Assembly: GCF_006345805.1 (NCBI RefSeq)
Contig: NC_043001.1
Coordinates: forward strand, 118,668,001-118,732,000
DNA length: 64,000 nucleotides
Reading direction: 5' to 3'
Origin: Octopus sinensis
Taxonomy: Eukaryota
Part shown: positions 12,921-27,916 of the stretch, piece by piece
Layout: every line of letters begins with the position of its first letter
Position numbering within the stretch: the first letter of the stretch is position 1
Program-made: the position numbers and the translations under genes
Notes under the pieces: model-generated
Seen by the model: the letters and a program-made list of their open reading frames with translations, nothing else
What the model was told of the DNA's origin: nothing
The model's database searches: none

Positions 12921-13424
12921 AAAGCACCAGGAGAGACGACAAAGAGACAAAATAAACTGCAATCATTACATCAATTTAAAATGCAGAGCAATCTTCAGCT
13001 GCACAAAAGATATAGAATTTAATTAAATTAGAATAGATGGACACAATAGTATAATTATACCTAAAATCTCCAAGAAGTTAAGGAGATAGACAAAGAACAT
13101 GCTGTCTCACTCCAGCATAGAAGTTACTAAGTTTTCAAGAAGATATACATTGTAATAGACTCTACCTATCACTGATTTTTTTGTTTTTATGAGGTCAGTT
13201 TTAATTCATAGACTATAAATTATAGTCTAAATTATAGACTAAACATTTTTACACTTAAACAGCAAGAGTTCAGAAATAGAAAGAAATTACTTCAAATAAA
13301 ACAAAAATATAAAATTAAAATATAATAATAGATTCTTCTTTTATTGCTTATTCTACAAAACCAATGATTTTCAGATGGACTTTCATGTTGGCGTTAGTTT
13401 AAACAATTTCTACATCTGGTGTCA

Positions 13425-13640
13425 GTATTCAATGGGTGTGTATGTGCATGTGTATATGTGCGTGTGTGTGTGTGTGTGTGTGTGCATGCATACACATTCT
13501 TTTATTCATTCATTCATTTAAGTAAACAATCATTCATATCTGCAAATACACACACACATACAGAAATGTACATAAATGCATATATAGGTATGCACATGTA
13601 AACATACGTTTATAAAGACACACACACACGGACACATGCA

Positions 13641-13695
<55 letters not shown>

Positions 13696-13790
13696 GGACA
13701 CATACACTAATATATATACACACACACACACACACACTTAAATGTATATACATATAGATACACAGGTACATGTGCCTTTGTGTGTGTATG
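13425..13790. repeat. Compound (GT)n/(CA)n/(AT)n microsatellite
   Basis: Directly visible. Confidence 0.95.
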
Positions 13791-14122
13791 TTGGACGGAG
13801 ACAATGGTTCTGAAGATGTTTGTAAAAATATAGAGCAAGAAAAAAAAATGAATTGCTTCAGTGATGGTTATGATTAGTTGCTGCAGTATGGGCTCTGTAT
13901 TTACTTGTTGTCGTTGTTATTGATTTAATCAAAAAGTTTCTCTTTAAAAAAAAGAGACAAAGATAGATAAAAAAAACCCCACAAAAACTCTGTACATTTT
14001 GTTGAAAGTTACAATAGTTGGAGAATGATGTAAGCAACATAAGCTTTGGATCTTCATCCCCACAAATGTTGCTGTTGGTTTGATGATGTCCCTGGAGTTG
14101 TAAGTGCCCTGAATTGCAAGCA

Positions 14123-14190
14123 TCAGGATTGAACTGTAGTGCTGTACTGTTGATTTCTCCGCAAGGGTTTGTTAGTGGTTGTAGCTGGGG
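14123..14190 (-). CDS. FAM149B1: FAM149 terminal coding exon (A)PATTTNKPLRRNQQYSTTVQS*
   Basis: Acceptor tctcctatttcag; phase 1 matches the previous exon; TGA at 14125-14123. Confidence 0.7.
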
Positions 14191-17100
14191 CTGAAATAGG
14201 AGACGGGTATATATATATATATAATGGCATATGCTGTGTTCAGGTACATTACAATGCTTTAGCAAAAGAGAGAAAGAAAACAGAAAGCAGCCATAAGGCA
14301 ATGAAAGCCAAAGATGCAAGCAAAGTTCATGGAATGAAACCAACATTTTATTTGTGCTACAATAACTGTTATAATAGGTTAGAACACACAGTATTCTACA
14401 TTGACCATCCAATTAATACATCATTTAATATATTTGCAATACATACGGTTTAAACCTTTAGCATTCTCATTGTTTTGCCAAGTGTAAGGCTTATTTATTC
14501 ACATTGTTTTGAATCAATCATGCATTATTTTGTAATTTTGGGAGTTTGATGAGGTAACTGTTAATTTCTAGACTGATAATGTAGGGTTGGTGTGAGAGAC
14601 CAGATCTGACCAGTTTGAATATAAAACAGGTAGAATATTTGGGCTGGATATGGGGGCCAGTTTAAAAGCTAAAGGGTTAATATAAATATTTTTCCTTTTA
14701 TTTTATTAAATGATTTTTAACATTATATGAAATATTATATATATTGTATAATTATTTTTTTAAACTAAAAGGGAAAAAAAAAGATAAGATATGAAAATGA
14801 CCAGATCTGAAATGTATGGTATTCAAAATATAGAAAGGGGCTAGAACTACCACATCTGGTACATTTGCTTTTAGAATATTACATTTTTTATTAAAACAAT
14901 TTCACTGTTGGTATTGATGGCTTTCTTAAAAATAGGAAATATATTTTCCACTTATGTGCTGTGATTTTGTTGTTCCTGCATTTGGAGATGTATTTGTAGA
15001 TATGATGTCATTTTAATAAGTTCTGGGTAGGCTACTTATTAGTACCTGCTTGCTAGGTAGGTACTTTTTAGCCAAGATTTTTGTAATATTATGATGACAA
15101 AATTGATGAAATTATATGACAGAACAACTTTCTGAGAAAATTACTTGATCATCATCATCATTGTTCGACCGTGGTCGAGACAATGGAATTTACTATGTTG
15201 CGCCAGACTTCACGGTCCATCATAGCATTACGGAGGTCCTGTTGCTGGATGCCTGTATCCCTGGAGATTACATCAGGGTAGGAGAGTGTGCGCCCTCTGG
15301 TGTTGCGAGTAGATGGCTTCCAGAGGAGAAGAGTAGAAATTACTTCTTTTTCAGCTCTACAACAATGTCCAGCAAACTGGACTCTCCTACCTTTCACAAG
15401 AGATGACACAGGTGGTAGTTTCCCATATATTTGCATTTTGGTTGGATGGCGCTTCCACGAGAGGTTTTGAGTTCTCATAAGGAGGCGAGTCTAGGTTCCA
15501 TCCAACCGCCTCTCAAGCTTCTTTGATAACGTCCAGGTTTCTGAGCCATATAGTAGAATTGGTTCAACTGTGGCTTTGAATATTTCAAGTTTGAAGTCTC
15601 TACTTAGATTTGATGACCAGATCTTATGCATGTCATTACAGGCTGACCAGGCCATACCCTTTCTAGTTAGAAAGTCTTTTCCAGATGATGATATGTATGA
15701 CCCAACATATTTATAATCAGAAACCATATTTAAAGGCGCATTGTTGAGAGTATGGATGATGCAATCACTGTTGGACAGGCACTTGTTTATGTATTCAGTT
15801 TTGGCCTCATTGAGGTAAAGACCTACACAATTTGAGGCTTTTACAATCTCTTGAACAAGCCTCAAATTACTTGATAGGGATACATTCCAACAAGGAAGCC
15901 TTAATGTGGTTGTTTGACCTTCTAGAAATGGTAGCTGATCTCCTCCAAATTACGCTCTAACAACTTAAAATCAAAGGAACATGCAATACTAGATACTTGA
16001 GAGACAAATGGGACAATCATGACTAGAACCCCTTTCATCACAGAATTGCCCAATCAGGATGAGGATTAAAGAACAATTCATTGGAGATAGTCATAGTGAT
16101 TCACAACCAATAGCTAACAACTACTACTTGTAATAGAATACAAAAAAATGACACCTTGTCACTCATCCAACTCCCAAAATATAATAAGTAAGAGTGAATG
16201 CATTTAATATTTACTTAGTCATTTATAACTGTGAAGGTGCATGGCTCAGTGGTTAGGGCATTTGGCTCATGATCATAAGGTTGTGAGTTCAATTCCTGGT
16301 AACGCATTGTGTACTTGAGCAAGACACTTTATTTCATGTTGCTCCAGTCCATTTAGCTAGCAAAAATGAGTTGCACCTGTATTTCAAAGGACCAGCCTTG
16401 TCACATTCTGTGTCATGCTGAATTTCCCAGAGAACTACGTTATGGTTATGTGTATCTGTGGAGTGCTCAGCCACTTGCATGTTAATTTCTTGAGCAAGCT
16501 GTTCTGTTGATTGGATCAACTGGAACCCTTGTCATCACAACTGACAGAATGCCGGTCATTTATAATCATAAGATCAATTCCTCTAAAATATTCAAAATTC
16601 GAAATAAGGTGAATTGAATATACTTGTTGCCTTTTGATGATACCTGCTCATTATTTACAATATAGAAAAGACAAGAGATAACGGAAATGACACTGTCGTA
16701 TAAAAACTGAACCTGCTTACCCCATGGAGAACAAATAATTTCTGGGTGGAGTTCATCTGCTTCAGGTATATCTTCTTGGGGTAAAGACATATGTGAATGG
16801 ATATCTCCACTGACAAAAGGCTGTAGGCTATTGCCACTGATTCCTAAAGTTACATTTTGACCACCTGAAAGTAAAATGACATGCAAAATGGATACTGCTG
16901 GACAGTGGAAATTAAAAGACATAGCCATTAAACTTGTGGTCATTAACGTTGGTAATTATATATTTCACATCTTAAATACAAAATTTGATATAAGGAGCAT
17001 GCTCCATATTTTAAGCTCATGATTCCTGCTTTAAGTGTTGTGTTATACAATTACCATGTTTTAAGTCTTGGAGCTACCTACACCATGTTCCCAACTAATG

Positions 17101-17664
17101 TTAAGCTGGAAAGTAACAGGAAAGAAGGTACAACTATAATCATCATTACTTCTGGTGAAGATCAGATACTTTCATATGGTTCTGAGTTCAAATAATGTTA
17201 ATCTGGGAGTTATAAACTCACTTGTTCCTTACAGAGAATATGTTGGTTTAGCAAATGAAAAGTCATGATTTCAACCAAGCTGGTCAGGACCAAGTTTACA
17301 GTCTCAGTCAAACTTTATATATCAGTAAAATGTATAGAATGAATAATTCAGATTCATAATACTAAACTTATTTAAACAACAAATTTATTCATTTACATGC
17401 CTCATGGTTTAATGTAATTATCCTATCAGAAAAACAACCCGATGCAGAGATGTACAATTTCAACTGTGTATGATGCTGAATGACAGCCAACATGATTGTA
17501 ACCAAGATCCTGTGTTTATAAAGACCAGCAAAGTATCACAATGGATTCACAAACCCCAAACTATTTTTGATAGGCTAGAAATATATTCTTATATAGAATT
17601 AATTCATGTGATTTAAGGTGTGTTATGTAATAACACACACATAAATGTATACACATATACACGT

Positions 17665-17710
<46 letters not shown>

Positions 17711-20700
17711 GATGCTGCCTTCTAAAACATCAAAGTGCTCAATGCTAACTTGCAGAGTGTCTTAGAGCATACATGTTGTTTTCCTGAAGTTACTTGTTAT
17801 TTACAAACCATGGTTACCTGTAAGTATCTTGGAATTTGGATATAGAAATCTTCAGCAGACTCTTGTAATAGTTGGAGAAGTAAAACAACAAGAATACCTT
17901 TTGCTTTTGCAACTATTACTAAAGTCTACTGTAAATCAAAACCATAGCATGGTAGAAAACACAGGTACTAAATATAAATATGTAAGTAAGTAAGTGGTTA
18001 TATGTTAGTTAAATTTATGTATTAAACTTGATTCAACCCAGTTGCTTACCTATTAGTGAATGCCCTCTGTTGGAATTAAGAGTCTGTTGCCAAGGAGGTG
18101 TAGAGGACCGACGCATCAACAATGTACTGAATGGTGTCTCAGACTATAATTTTAAAGGAAAACAACAGAATCAGTGATGACACAGTGCTAGTATGGTAGC
18201 TGTATCAGTATAACACATGAAACAAAGTACATAGTCTTTTTAGGTGACTTAAATTAACATTTTTAATAATATTGGTTTTAAATGAGTAGGAACAAACATA
18301 TTCCACCAAAAAGCAAAAATGAAACGCTATAAAATACTATTTCCAAGAGTGTAACTGAAATGAATTGGCTTCAGCTTGAAATTAAAGCTAAATCAGTCTT
18401 AGAATTCTAATGAGTTCACAATGAAATATTCAGAAAAATATATTTAGAGAGACATTTGTATTGCTGAGTGATAGTTTGACTGAGAAAGAGTAAGACATTG
18501 GAGTTACTGATTCCTGGGTTATTTCGTTGAGTGATAAGACTCTTAATTCTGGTTATTTTAGTTAATTTAGGTCTAAGGCATTTACCTGAGGAAGTTAGGA
18601 AGTTACCTTCTTTTTAGAAAATGACTGGTAACATTTTATCCAGAAACGTCAGGGATCATTATTTTCCTCTTATTATTGTCTTAAGATACTTAATTTTAAA
18701 TTAAGATGATTATAAAATATATCCTCTATTCCATGACTTCATATTACAATATAAAAAATCTCTTATGTTGATATATTATGTATTATATTCTATAGAATAC
18801 AGGTGGATTTCTGGCAATAGTTAAGAGGATACGATTCTTTCATAACAAACCAACAAGAGAGCCTCAGTATAGTTGTTCCAACCATTAGAAATAGCTAAAC
18901 CCCTATTGAATCACACCTTACAGTCTTAAGAAGAGAAGGACACATCTGATTGTAGGTGTGCTTGATCAAGGTTCACTTAAGACTAAACAATAACAATAAC
19001 AACAGTCAAATTATGATTTTTTTTAAGGACATGTTTCTAATATGTAAAGGTTTATGGTTGAATGAATATTAATGGTGTCTGCATTTAGCTAAGGTAGTGA
19101 TAGAAGGGTTGCAAGAATCATTCTGCCATTGAGGTCAAATTTATCTGTCATCCTTTCAGTGTTGATAAAATAAAATACCAGTCAAGTTCTGGTTCATTAA
19201 ATTTACTTTAACCATCCCTCCTCAAAATTTACGGCCTTGTATCAATGTCAGAAATTTATATTTAACAACCTTAAAGGATTAAATGGCAAATGTTAACCCT
19301 AGCATGCTAATTTGAAACAAAAAAGCTTCAATGAGATAATGTAGGTCTGGTACTTATTTCATGAACCACGAAAGAGTGAAAGGAAAATTCAACCCTAACA
19401 GGATTTGAACTCTGAACATAGATAAAAATAGCTTTATACAGCAGTGCAGCACAACAACAGAAATTAAATTGTATGAGTATACGGTAATAGATCTGTTGAG
19501 ATTAAGTCTAACTGGTTTAAATAGTACTCTTGTATGACTGAAACTTTTATCGTTTATCTCAGAGGGATGTAAGTCAAAGTCAATCTCTGGTAAAGACTGA
19601 AATCTGCATGTAAAATAATGTAACTAAATATCAAATGGCATTGCATCAGTTTCACTAATATTTGTGGTTTTTTATTACTTCAATAATAATATGGGTTTCA
19701 AATTTTGGTACAAGAGCAGCAATTTTGAAGGGAATGGGGTGGTAGTCAAATACATTGAACCCAGGGCATGACTGGTGCTTTATTTTCTTGACCCCAAATG
19801 GACGAAAGGCAAAGCTGACCCTGTTGGTATTGAAACAAAGTGGACTTCAGTAGGATTTAAACTCAGAATGTAAAGAGCCATTAAAAAAATTTTTTAAATC
19901 ACCACCACAAGGCATTTTGCCCAGTGTTGTAACAATTCTGCAAGTTTGATTAAGCAGAAAGTTAGAAGTTTGGTGGGAGGAAGTCAGGTGATTTTATTGA
20001 CTGGTGTGTAAGACTGGCATTTTATTTTATTGATTCTGAAAGAATGAAAAACGAAGTGGATGACATTGGAATCCAAAGCAATTTAACTAAATACCACAAA
20101 GTATTCAGGCCATTCCTATTGTTCTTGCAAAACTCAAAGCACTTTTAAGTGAAGGATGAAATTCAGACAAAAGGAACTTTATCCAATGCTCTATCAATAT
20201 TACCATTCCACTTCTTTAATAATAATGGTGTCAAGTTTAGGCTCAAAGCCAGCTGTTTTGAAGGGAGATGGGTAAGGCATCTCAGAATTAGATTGGCATA
20301 TTTTATTGACCCACAAATGGTGAAAGGAACAGTTGGCCTTACAGGTATGTGAACTCAGAATGTAAAAAGCTAAAACAAGTATTGTAAGGCATTTTTCTGA
20401 CCTTCAAATGACTCTGTTAATTCACCACAATAATAATGATAATAATTATAATAATAAGGCAAAAATCCCTTGGGACTTTGACATCTAGACAAAGTGTTAA
20501 GCACCTAAAGCCAGATACAGCAGCCTTTAAGAGGGACAAGCAAGAGTGCCTAATAACTGATGTGACAGAGCCAGGAGATTAGCATATTGTTGTGAAAGAA
20601 GGAGTAAAGGCCAATAAATATGGAAACCTAAAAATAGAAATTGCCAAGATGTTGCTGCTGTGAGAGTCAAACATAAAGGTTGTTCCTGTTGTCATCAGAG

Positions 20701-21173
20701 AATTAGATTCAATACTACCCAACCTAAAGAAATACCTGGACACCTTAGAAATACCCTTCAATCTTAGTGTATTGCAAAAGTCAGCTTTACTTGGAACTGC
20801 ATGTATAGTGTGTAAAGTGCTGTCTGTTTGGGACCCTTATTATGTCTTAGACAACCCAAATCCCAGGTAAACACAATATTTTCAATCTACAACATCACAA
20901 TATTGTATATTGTGTGATGCCTTCAATGATGATGATGATGATGATGATAACAAAAATAATAATGACAATAATTATGTTTTTACTAAAGGCCAGAAATTTT
21001 GGGGGAGGTGGATAGTTGTAATCATTGATCCCAGTACTGATACTTATTGTATTGATCCCAAAAGGATGAAAAGCAAAGTCAACCTCAGTGGAATTTGAAC
21101 TCAGAATGTAAAGAGCCAGAAAAATGCAGTCAATTGTTTGGCAGAGATTCTGTCAACTCAATATTTTATATAA

Positions 21174-21211
<38 letters not shown>

Positions 21212-22500
21212 ATGCTAATAATATTGATTTCAAAATCAAGGCCAGCAATTTCAGGGGAAGGGGCTAAGTCAATTACTTTGACCTCAGTGCTCAACTGGTA
21301 TTTATTTTATTGACCCTGAAAGAATAAAAGGCTAAGTTAACCCTTGCAGCATTGGAACCCAGAATATAAAGATGGATGAAATGTCTCTAAGCATTTTGCC
21401 TGGAATGCGAATGATTCTGCCAGCTCATCACCTTCATCATAATAATAATAATAGTAATAAACAACAACAACATCAGCAATTACAATAATAAGCACCTAAT
21501 ACAGCTCAATACTTTTCTCACCAAATGTGCTGGGTTATTACAATGGCATATAAATATTTTATTAATGGTGTAAAATCTTTGAAGACTAAATGTTTGGATT
21601 CATTGAAGGGAAAACCTTGACACACGAAAAAAAAAGAAAAGAAAAAAAGCTCTCTGCAGGTCTTTATCAGAATCTGAAGAAAACATGTCAAGTGAGAGGT
21701 GTCAACTGTGTGAAGCAACTAAGACTAATATTTCTAATTCTAATATTAAGAATTGAAATCTCACAAACCCGAGCCATGGCATGTGTTGTGTTTGGCCGTC
21801 CCTCAGCAGAGAGGGCTGATTTCTCCCTATGAAGGAAGGATCCACTTCTCGTGTCTTTGTCTCCAACTGCACTGCTGATACGATTGTTGTTAGAACCCCC
21901 CACATACCGCTGAAAATACAATGAGGGACCTTAAAGTTTAACCTTGCATTTTGGCAAAAAAGGATAAGGGAGAATGGTGAATGAGGGAGACGAGAGAACC
22001 ATGATAGACTGACATTTAAAAATGATAAAAGTAAACAAGAAGGCAAGAAAATGATAATCCTGAAATGACCACCACAACAAACTGGACTTTGTAGAATTAA
22101 TGACATCTTATGTAGACAATATATTCAAGAGTTTAAGGAAGGAAATTTGGAAACTGGTGATAAATATACATTCTTGAAAACATTACATATATCATGTAAC
22201 AGAGTGCACACACATATGTATACATATACACACATCTATATTGTAATTCTACTTGTTTGTTCATTCACACGTTATGCTTTTACAAAGGTAAAAGGGGAGG
22301 TAGAGTGAGAGTGAGAGAGAGAGGCAGTGTGAGAGTGAGAGAGAGAGAGGGAATAAGAGAAATAGCAGATACCCACTTCCACTAACAACGTGACAGCATG
22401 GTAAGTGGAAGTGAGAGGTAAGAAGAAGAGAGAAATGTTAATGAAATGAAGAGGGGAATTGCATGGTTAAAAGTTTGAAGTAAGAGGGAAGGAAAGAGTG

Positions 22501-22531
<31 letters not shown>

Positions 22532-24198
22532 AAGAGACAGAGAGAGAAAGAGAGAGAGATATAGTGTTTAGCAGAAGGAAATTCTAAAACCATATAATAT
22601 ATTATTGTGATGGAAGTGAAATAACTTAGCAAAATAGCTGTGGATGTTATTTTTTTAAAATCTGCAATGGAACTGAAACTAATCAAGTGAAATAAAAACA
22701 TTGTATATATTCTCCATATCATTTCATATACATTAATTGTATATAATATAAAGCAGTTTCAATAGAATTAAATACTAACAAACGATAGGTGCATTAAGTA
22801 TTGTATAGATTGTTACTGTATATTTTTCTATCATTTATTGCTCAGGCAACAATAAGATTTATTATGAAAATCATCCTTTCTTTCTTAAAAAGTTCTCTTA
22901 ATTGTTTTGATTCCATGGAATTTCCATGGATCCTGCTAGTACAGTATAAGTAAAATAGAATGACATGTAGAAAATAAGATACAAATATATTAAAAACAAA
23001 CCTACATATTTTATGTATATTTTCTCTGGATAAAAGACCATGTTTTTAGTGGAACTGAGTATATAAAATCATATATATACATTTTGCCTTCATCAGCAGG
23101 GAGTAGAGTGACCATTATGAAAGCATTGCTCCAGTGATTTATACACATTATATTTCCATAGTGTGACTAATAAATTATATATATGTATATATGTTTATTA
23201 AATATGTTGCATATGATTATTTTCATATACACATTTATTATATTAAAACAATACTGTGTTGGTACTTCTATTATTAAATCCAGACTTTCAACCACATACC
23301 ATTATAGTCTATCTTTTACTTGTTTCAGTCATTGGACTGCAGCCACACTGGGGTACCACTTTGAAGTGTTTTATTCAAATAGATTGACCCCACTATTTAT
23401 TTTTAAGTCTGGTACTTATTCTATTGGTCTCTTTTGATGATCTGCAAAGTTACAGGGACATATATGAACCAGCACAAGCTGTCAAGCAGTGGGAGGAGGG
23501 GCATAAACACAGGCACAAAGACACACACACACACACACACATGCACATACACACACACATGCACACGATTTTCATCAACCAACTTCATTCACAAGGTATC
23601 GACTGGCCTAGGGCTATAGCTGAAGACACTTGTCCATGATGCTGTGAGACTGAATCCAAAACTAGATGGCAGCAAAGTGACCCTTTTAACCACATACTTG
23701 CAAAGCAAGCTGCTTAACAACACAGCCTTGCCTGTGTCTTTGTTTATATTTTGCAGAAGAAGATAGATTTTGTAACTTCACCAACTGAAATGTGAAATAA
23801 ATCTTAGGTGATTAGGGAGATGAAATCAATTGGACACTTCATTCTTAGCTGCCTAAGGTAATATTTAATAGCCACAGATAATATTTTCACAGAGAGACTA
23901 TATTACTTTGAGAATATATTTATTCTTAACAATGCAGTGTTGGTACTTTTTGTGGCTTAGTGGCTAGGGAATTCAGATCACAATTGTAAGGTTATGAGTT
24001 TGATACCTGCCAATGCTTTGTGTCCTTGAGCAAGACACTTCATTTCCTGCTGTTCCAGTTCACTCAGCTGGCAAAAATAAATTGTACCTGTAATTAAAAG
24101 GGCCAGCCTTGTCACACTCTGTGTCACACTGAGAACTATGTTAAGTGTATGCATGTCTGTGAAGTGCTCATCCACTTGAGATCTGCTATATATATATA

Positions 24199-24231
<33 letters not shown>

Positions 24232-27200
24232 GATATATATAGGCAATTTCTCAGTTCTATCTATCCCTCATTCACAGAGAAGTTTAAGAAAATTAAGAGT
24301 TCTAACTCTAACTCTAACTTCTTATTCCTTTAATCTAGATGTATTAGAGTCAATTTTATTAGGAAGAGTGTTATAATAAATTGGTTTAACACTTGTATAT
24401 CTAATTCTAATATATTCTATTGGCACTAGAGAGATCAAAGGCAAAGTTGGTCCAGTTCTGTTATGATATGAAAAGAGAACCGAGGGGGACAAAACTAAAT
24501 ACTTTACCATCACTCTACTAGCTTAGGCACAATTACTGCTTTCATCAGATTTATCAATAATGGTTTCTGATTTAGACAAGAGCAGCAGTTTTGAGGGGCA
24601 GGATTTACATGATACCAGCAACCTTAGTACTTGACAAATACTGTATTTTTTCAATCCCAGAAAGGATCGACCTCAGCCTGATTTGAACTCAGAATGTAGT
24701 AAGTCAGAAGAAATACTGCAAAATATTTTTCTGATACTCTAATGGTTATGCTAATCCATTGCTCATATTATAGTCACTGATAAAAACTAAAATAAAGAAT
24801 AGTCAAATATGCACTAAGAATTACAGGGAATAATTCATTCACTCTTTCTATATAAAAATTGGAATTGAAATTAATAAAAAAAAAAAAGAAGAGTAGTCAA
24901 TTAGTAATAATTATTTCATCTGTAAAGGGGTGTTAAAGTCAATTGAATAGCAGCAAACAATGTTTGCTCATCTTGAAAATCATGTGATTTGCCTGCTCTT
25001 TAGTCAGCTTATTTTGTTATAATGTCAGCTAGAGACATTCTAACATAGTGCCAAGATCTATTCTTGTGAAATACACAATAGCTTATAGTTAAAAATAAAT
25101 CAGGTGCTGGCATGACACAGATATGGAATGACATCATGAATGGAACTTTCTTTGTTGCTGAACAGATTGTTACAACTCTCGTAAAGGTCAGATGCATAAA
25201 CTTATTTTTTCTTTCATTGAATATACATATAATTCTTTTTAATGAGAATAATTTTTCACCGAAGTAACATGGCTTGTAACTCATCTTTACAAAAAGAGAA
25301 AAATATAACAAATACTTGCTTATTCTAGTATTTTCTATCATATTTCTTGACATGAATTGACAGAGATTATAAAAATCTGTGTTGGTTCTTTATCATTTCT
25401 TGCATTACATTTGAACATGCCTTACTCTCTTAAAAGAAAATGTGATACTCATTCTTTTTCATTTCCAAAAGCACTGATTTTGTAAAGCCATAAAATATGT
25501 ACAATCTTCTGGTGAACTAAATTTGAATAAATTTAGTCCTGGCCATAATTTCTAATTGCTAAATTAAATAGTTAACCTGTTGGAAGATTTATCCTTTTCT
25601 TCTTATTCCTTTTTCCTGTTATAAACCTCCTGTTTCATGCAGTTGTTTAGGTTCAACTAGACTCTTAGATTTTATATATTATTATACTCACACGGTCAGT
25701 CTATTTTTTGTCTCTTGTTATCTGGAGACCTTCAAATCCTTAGCCACCCTAAATTTTTTTATCACTAAATCAGGCATCATAAAAAATAGCCAATATAATT
25801 TTTAGCATTTAATTTAACTTTATTTCCTGGTTAGATAAAAAGCTATATTTCTTTTTTAGAATCACCTCAAGTTACATTTGAAGCAGGCGTGAAAGTTTAA
25901 ACAAGATACTCATAACAATTAACCCAGCACTTAAACTTTTGCAAACTCATGGCAATAACAATTAATAACTGTTAATATACAATACCTGAGGACGGCCTAC
26001 AGGTGTCTCAAGGGAAACTGTCGAGCAAATAGGTGGAAGACATCCGTTACGAAACCCTAAAAGACTTGGAGGAGAAGATAGACTCTCACTACCTGCTGGC
26101 ATCAGTTTTGTCACTTTCAAAACCTCTTCATCCTGCAAAAAAAAGAAAAGAAAAAAGAAAACAAAGGAGTCAGCTGCTAGAGCAATGACATGATATGAAT
26201 ACTCTTGAAGTTTTGAAGAATTTCTTAACACCATATCCATCAGACAACATTTCATGACATCAGCTCAATTACTTTACGTTTTATTTTACAGATATAATTG
26301 AAAGATGATGACTGAAGTGATTAAGTTAGTGGCTAGCTTTTCCCCTGCTCGTGATTTTAAAAACATGCTGCTATCAGAGTAAAACTTAAAGCAAACATAC
26401 ACACATGGATGTACAATGTGGCTAATGTAAGATGTATGGATATTGGAAATATTTCTAGGAGTGACTAACAGAAAAAAAGATGGATATGTTTTGTTTAATT
26501 TGTACACTTACATGTGCATTTTCACATTTTCACACACACACATAGAAGATTGATTAGGAAGTTTACTTCATAATCATGAGATCTTGGGTTCAATCACACA
26601 GTATGGTATCTTGTATGAGTCACTTAATCATAACCTCAGGCAGACTCAGAATTTGAGCAGACAGAATGTGTGTAGAAGCTCATCAGATGGATTGTATTTA
26701 TAATTCAAAGGCCCAGCCTTGTCACAATGTGTCATACAGATTCTATTTGAGAATTACATTAAGGTTACATGTGACTGTAGAATACTCAGCCACTTTGCAT
26801 GTTCATTCAATGAGTAAACCATTCAATTCATTGACCAACAGTTTACTCATACATGGAAACTAATGGGAGAGTACATCAGATATATATATATATATTTATA
26901 CACACACATACATATATGATGGCCATCCACTCGTGACTGAGAAAGACCATTGCTGATCTTCAGGAACATTGTGTACTCTAGGACTAACTTATATTTTGCA
27001 TTTGTGGCTCTGTTGGTGGCTGATTTTGTATATCACTGTTAGTGATAGGAAATAAGCTAGCTGTGAGAGCAAGTACTAAAGTATATAAAATATACTAACC
27101 ATGCAAGGTGTTCTTGATCTTTCCTGAACATTGTGGAGAGGGGCTAGGCGCAAAGGTTTTATCAACCGGTTGTATTTTACACTGCCTGGACGCGACATTT

Positions 27201-27885
27201 TAAAGTTTTGTGAAGGGAAGTTGCTGCCCACAGAGTTTGGTGTTGGTAAACTTATGTCAGAACCATCACTGTAATATAACAAAATTCTACCAAGTGAAAA
27301 GCAAGAAATAATTTACAGCAAATGGTAAAGTTACAATAAAAGACATAGTTTTATAATGTCAATATGTGTGTACCTCATCTCTCTAGAATAATTTGGTAAA
27401 AATAACCACACACACACTCATCATTATCATCATCATTTTAACATCTATTTTGTCATGCTTGTATGGGTCAGATGAATCATTGTTGAAGCAATTTTTTTTC
27501 TGTGTCCAGAGCCTTTTTTTTGTTGCTAATCCTCACCTGTTTCCAAGCAAGGTAACATTTATCCTGGTCCCCTAAACAATGAACAGACAAGATATGTCTT
27601 TGCAGAGAATTGCAAATAAAAGACACTGTGTGAATGGTGGCTCTTTGTTTGCAGTCAGAGTGCACATGTCAAGACAAGAGGAATATACACTCATGCACGC
27701 ATGCATACACACACACACACACGATGGACATTAGTCAAGCTGCAACTATAGTAGAAGGCTCCAGCTGATATCGTTCGGACAGTAGGAGCAAATTCTAAAC
27801 CATTTGGTTCTGAAATGAAATTCTTAACCAGCCATGCTTGTGTATGTACGTACATACACACACACATACATACATACATACACAC

Positions 27886-27916
<31 letters not shown>

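Noticed and set aside
27537-27809. Exon-like segments 27809-27721 (89 bp) and 27571-27537 (35 bp)
   Set aside because: The upstream exon joins 27268/27286 directly in phase; the 89-bp piece starts in the wrong phase and its donor is a (GT)n repeat; the 35-bp piece lies in a decayed SINE-like repeat
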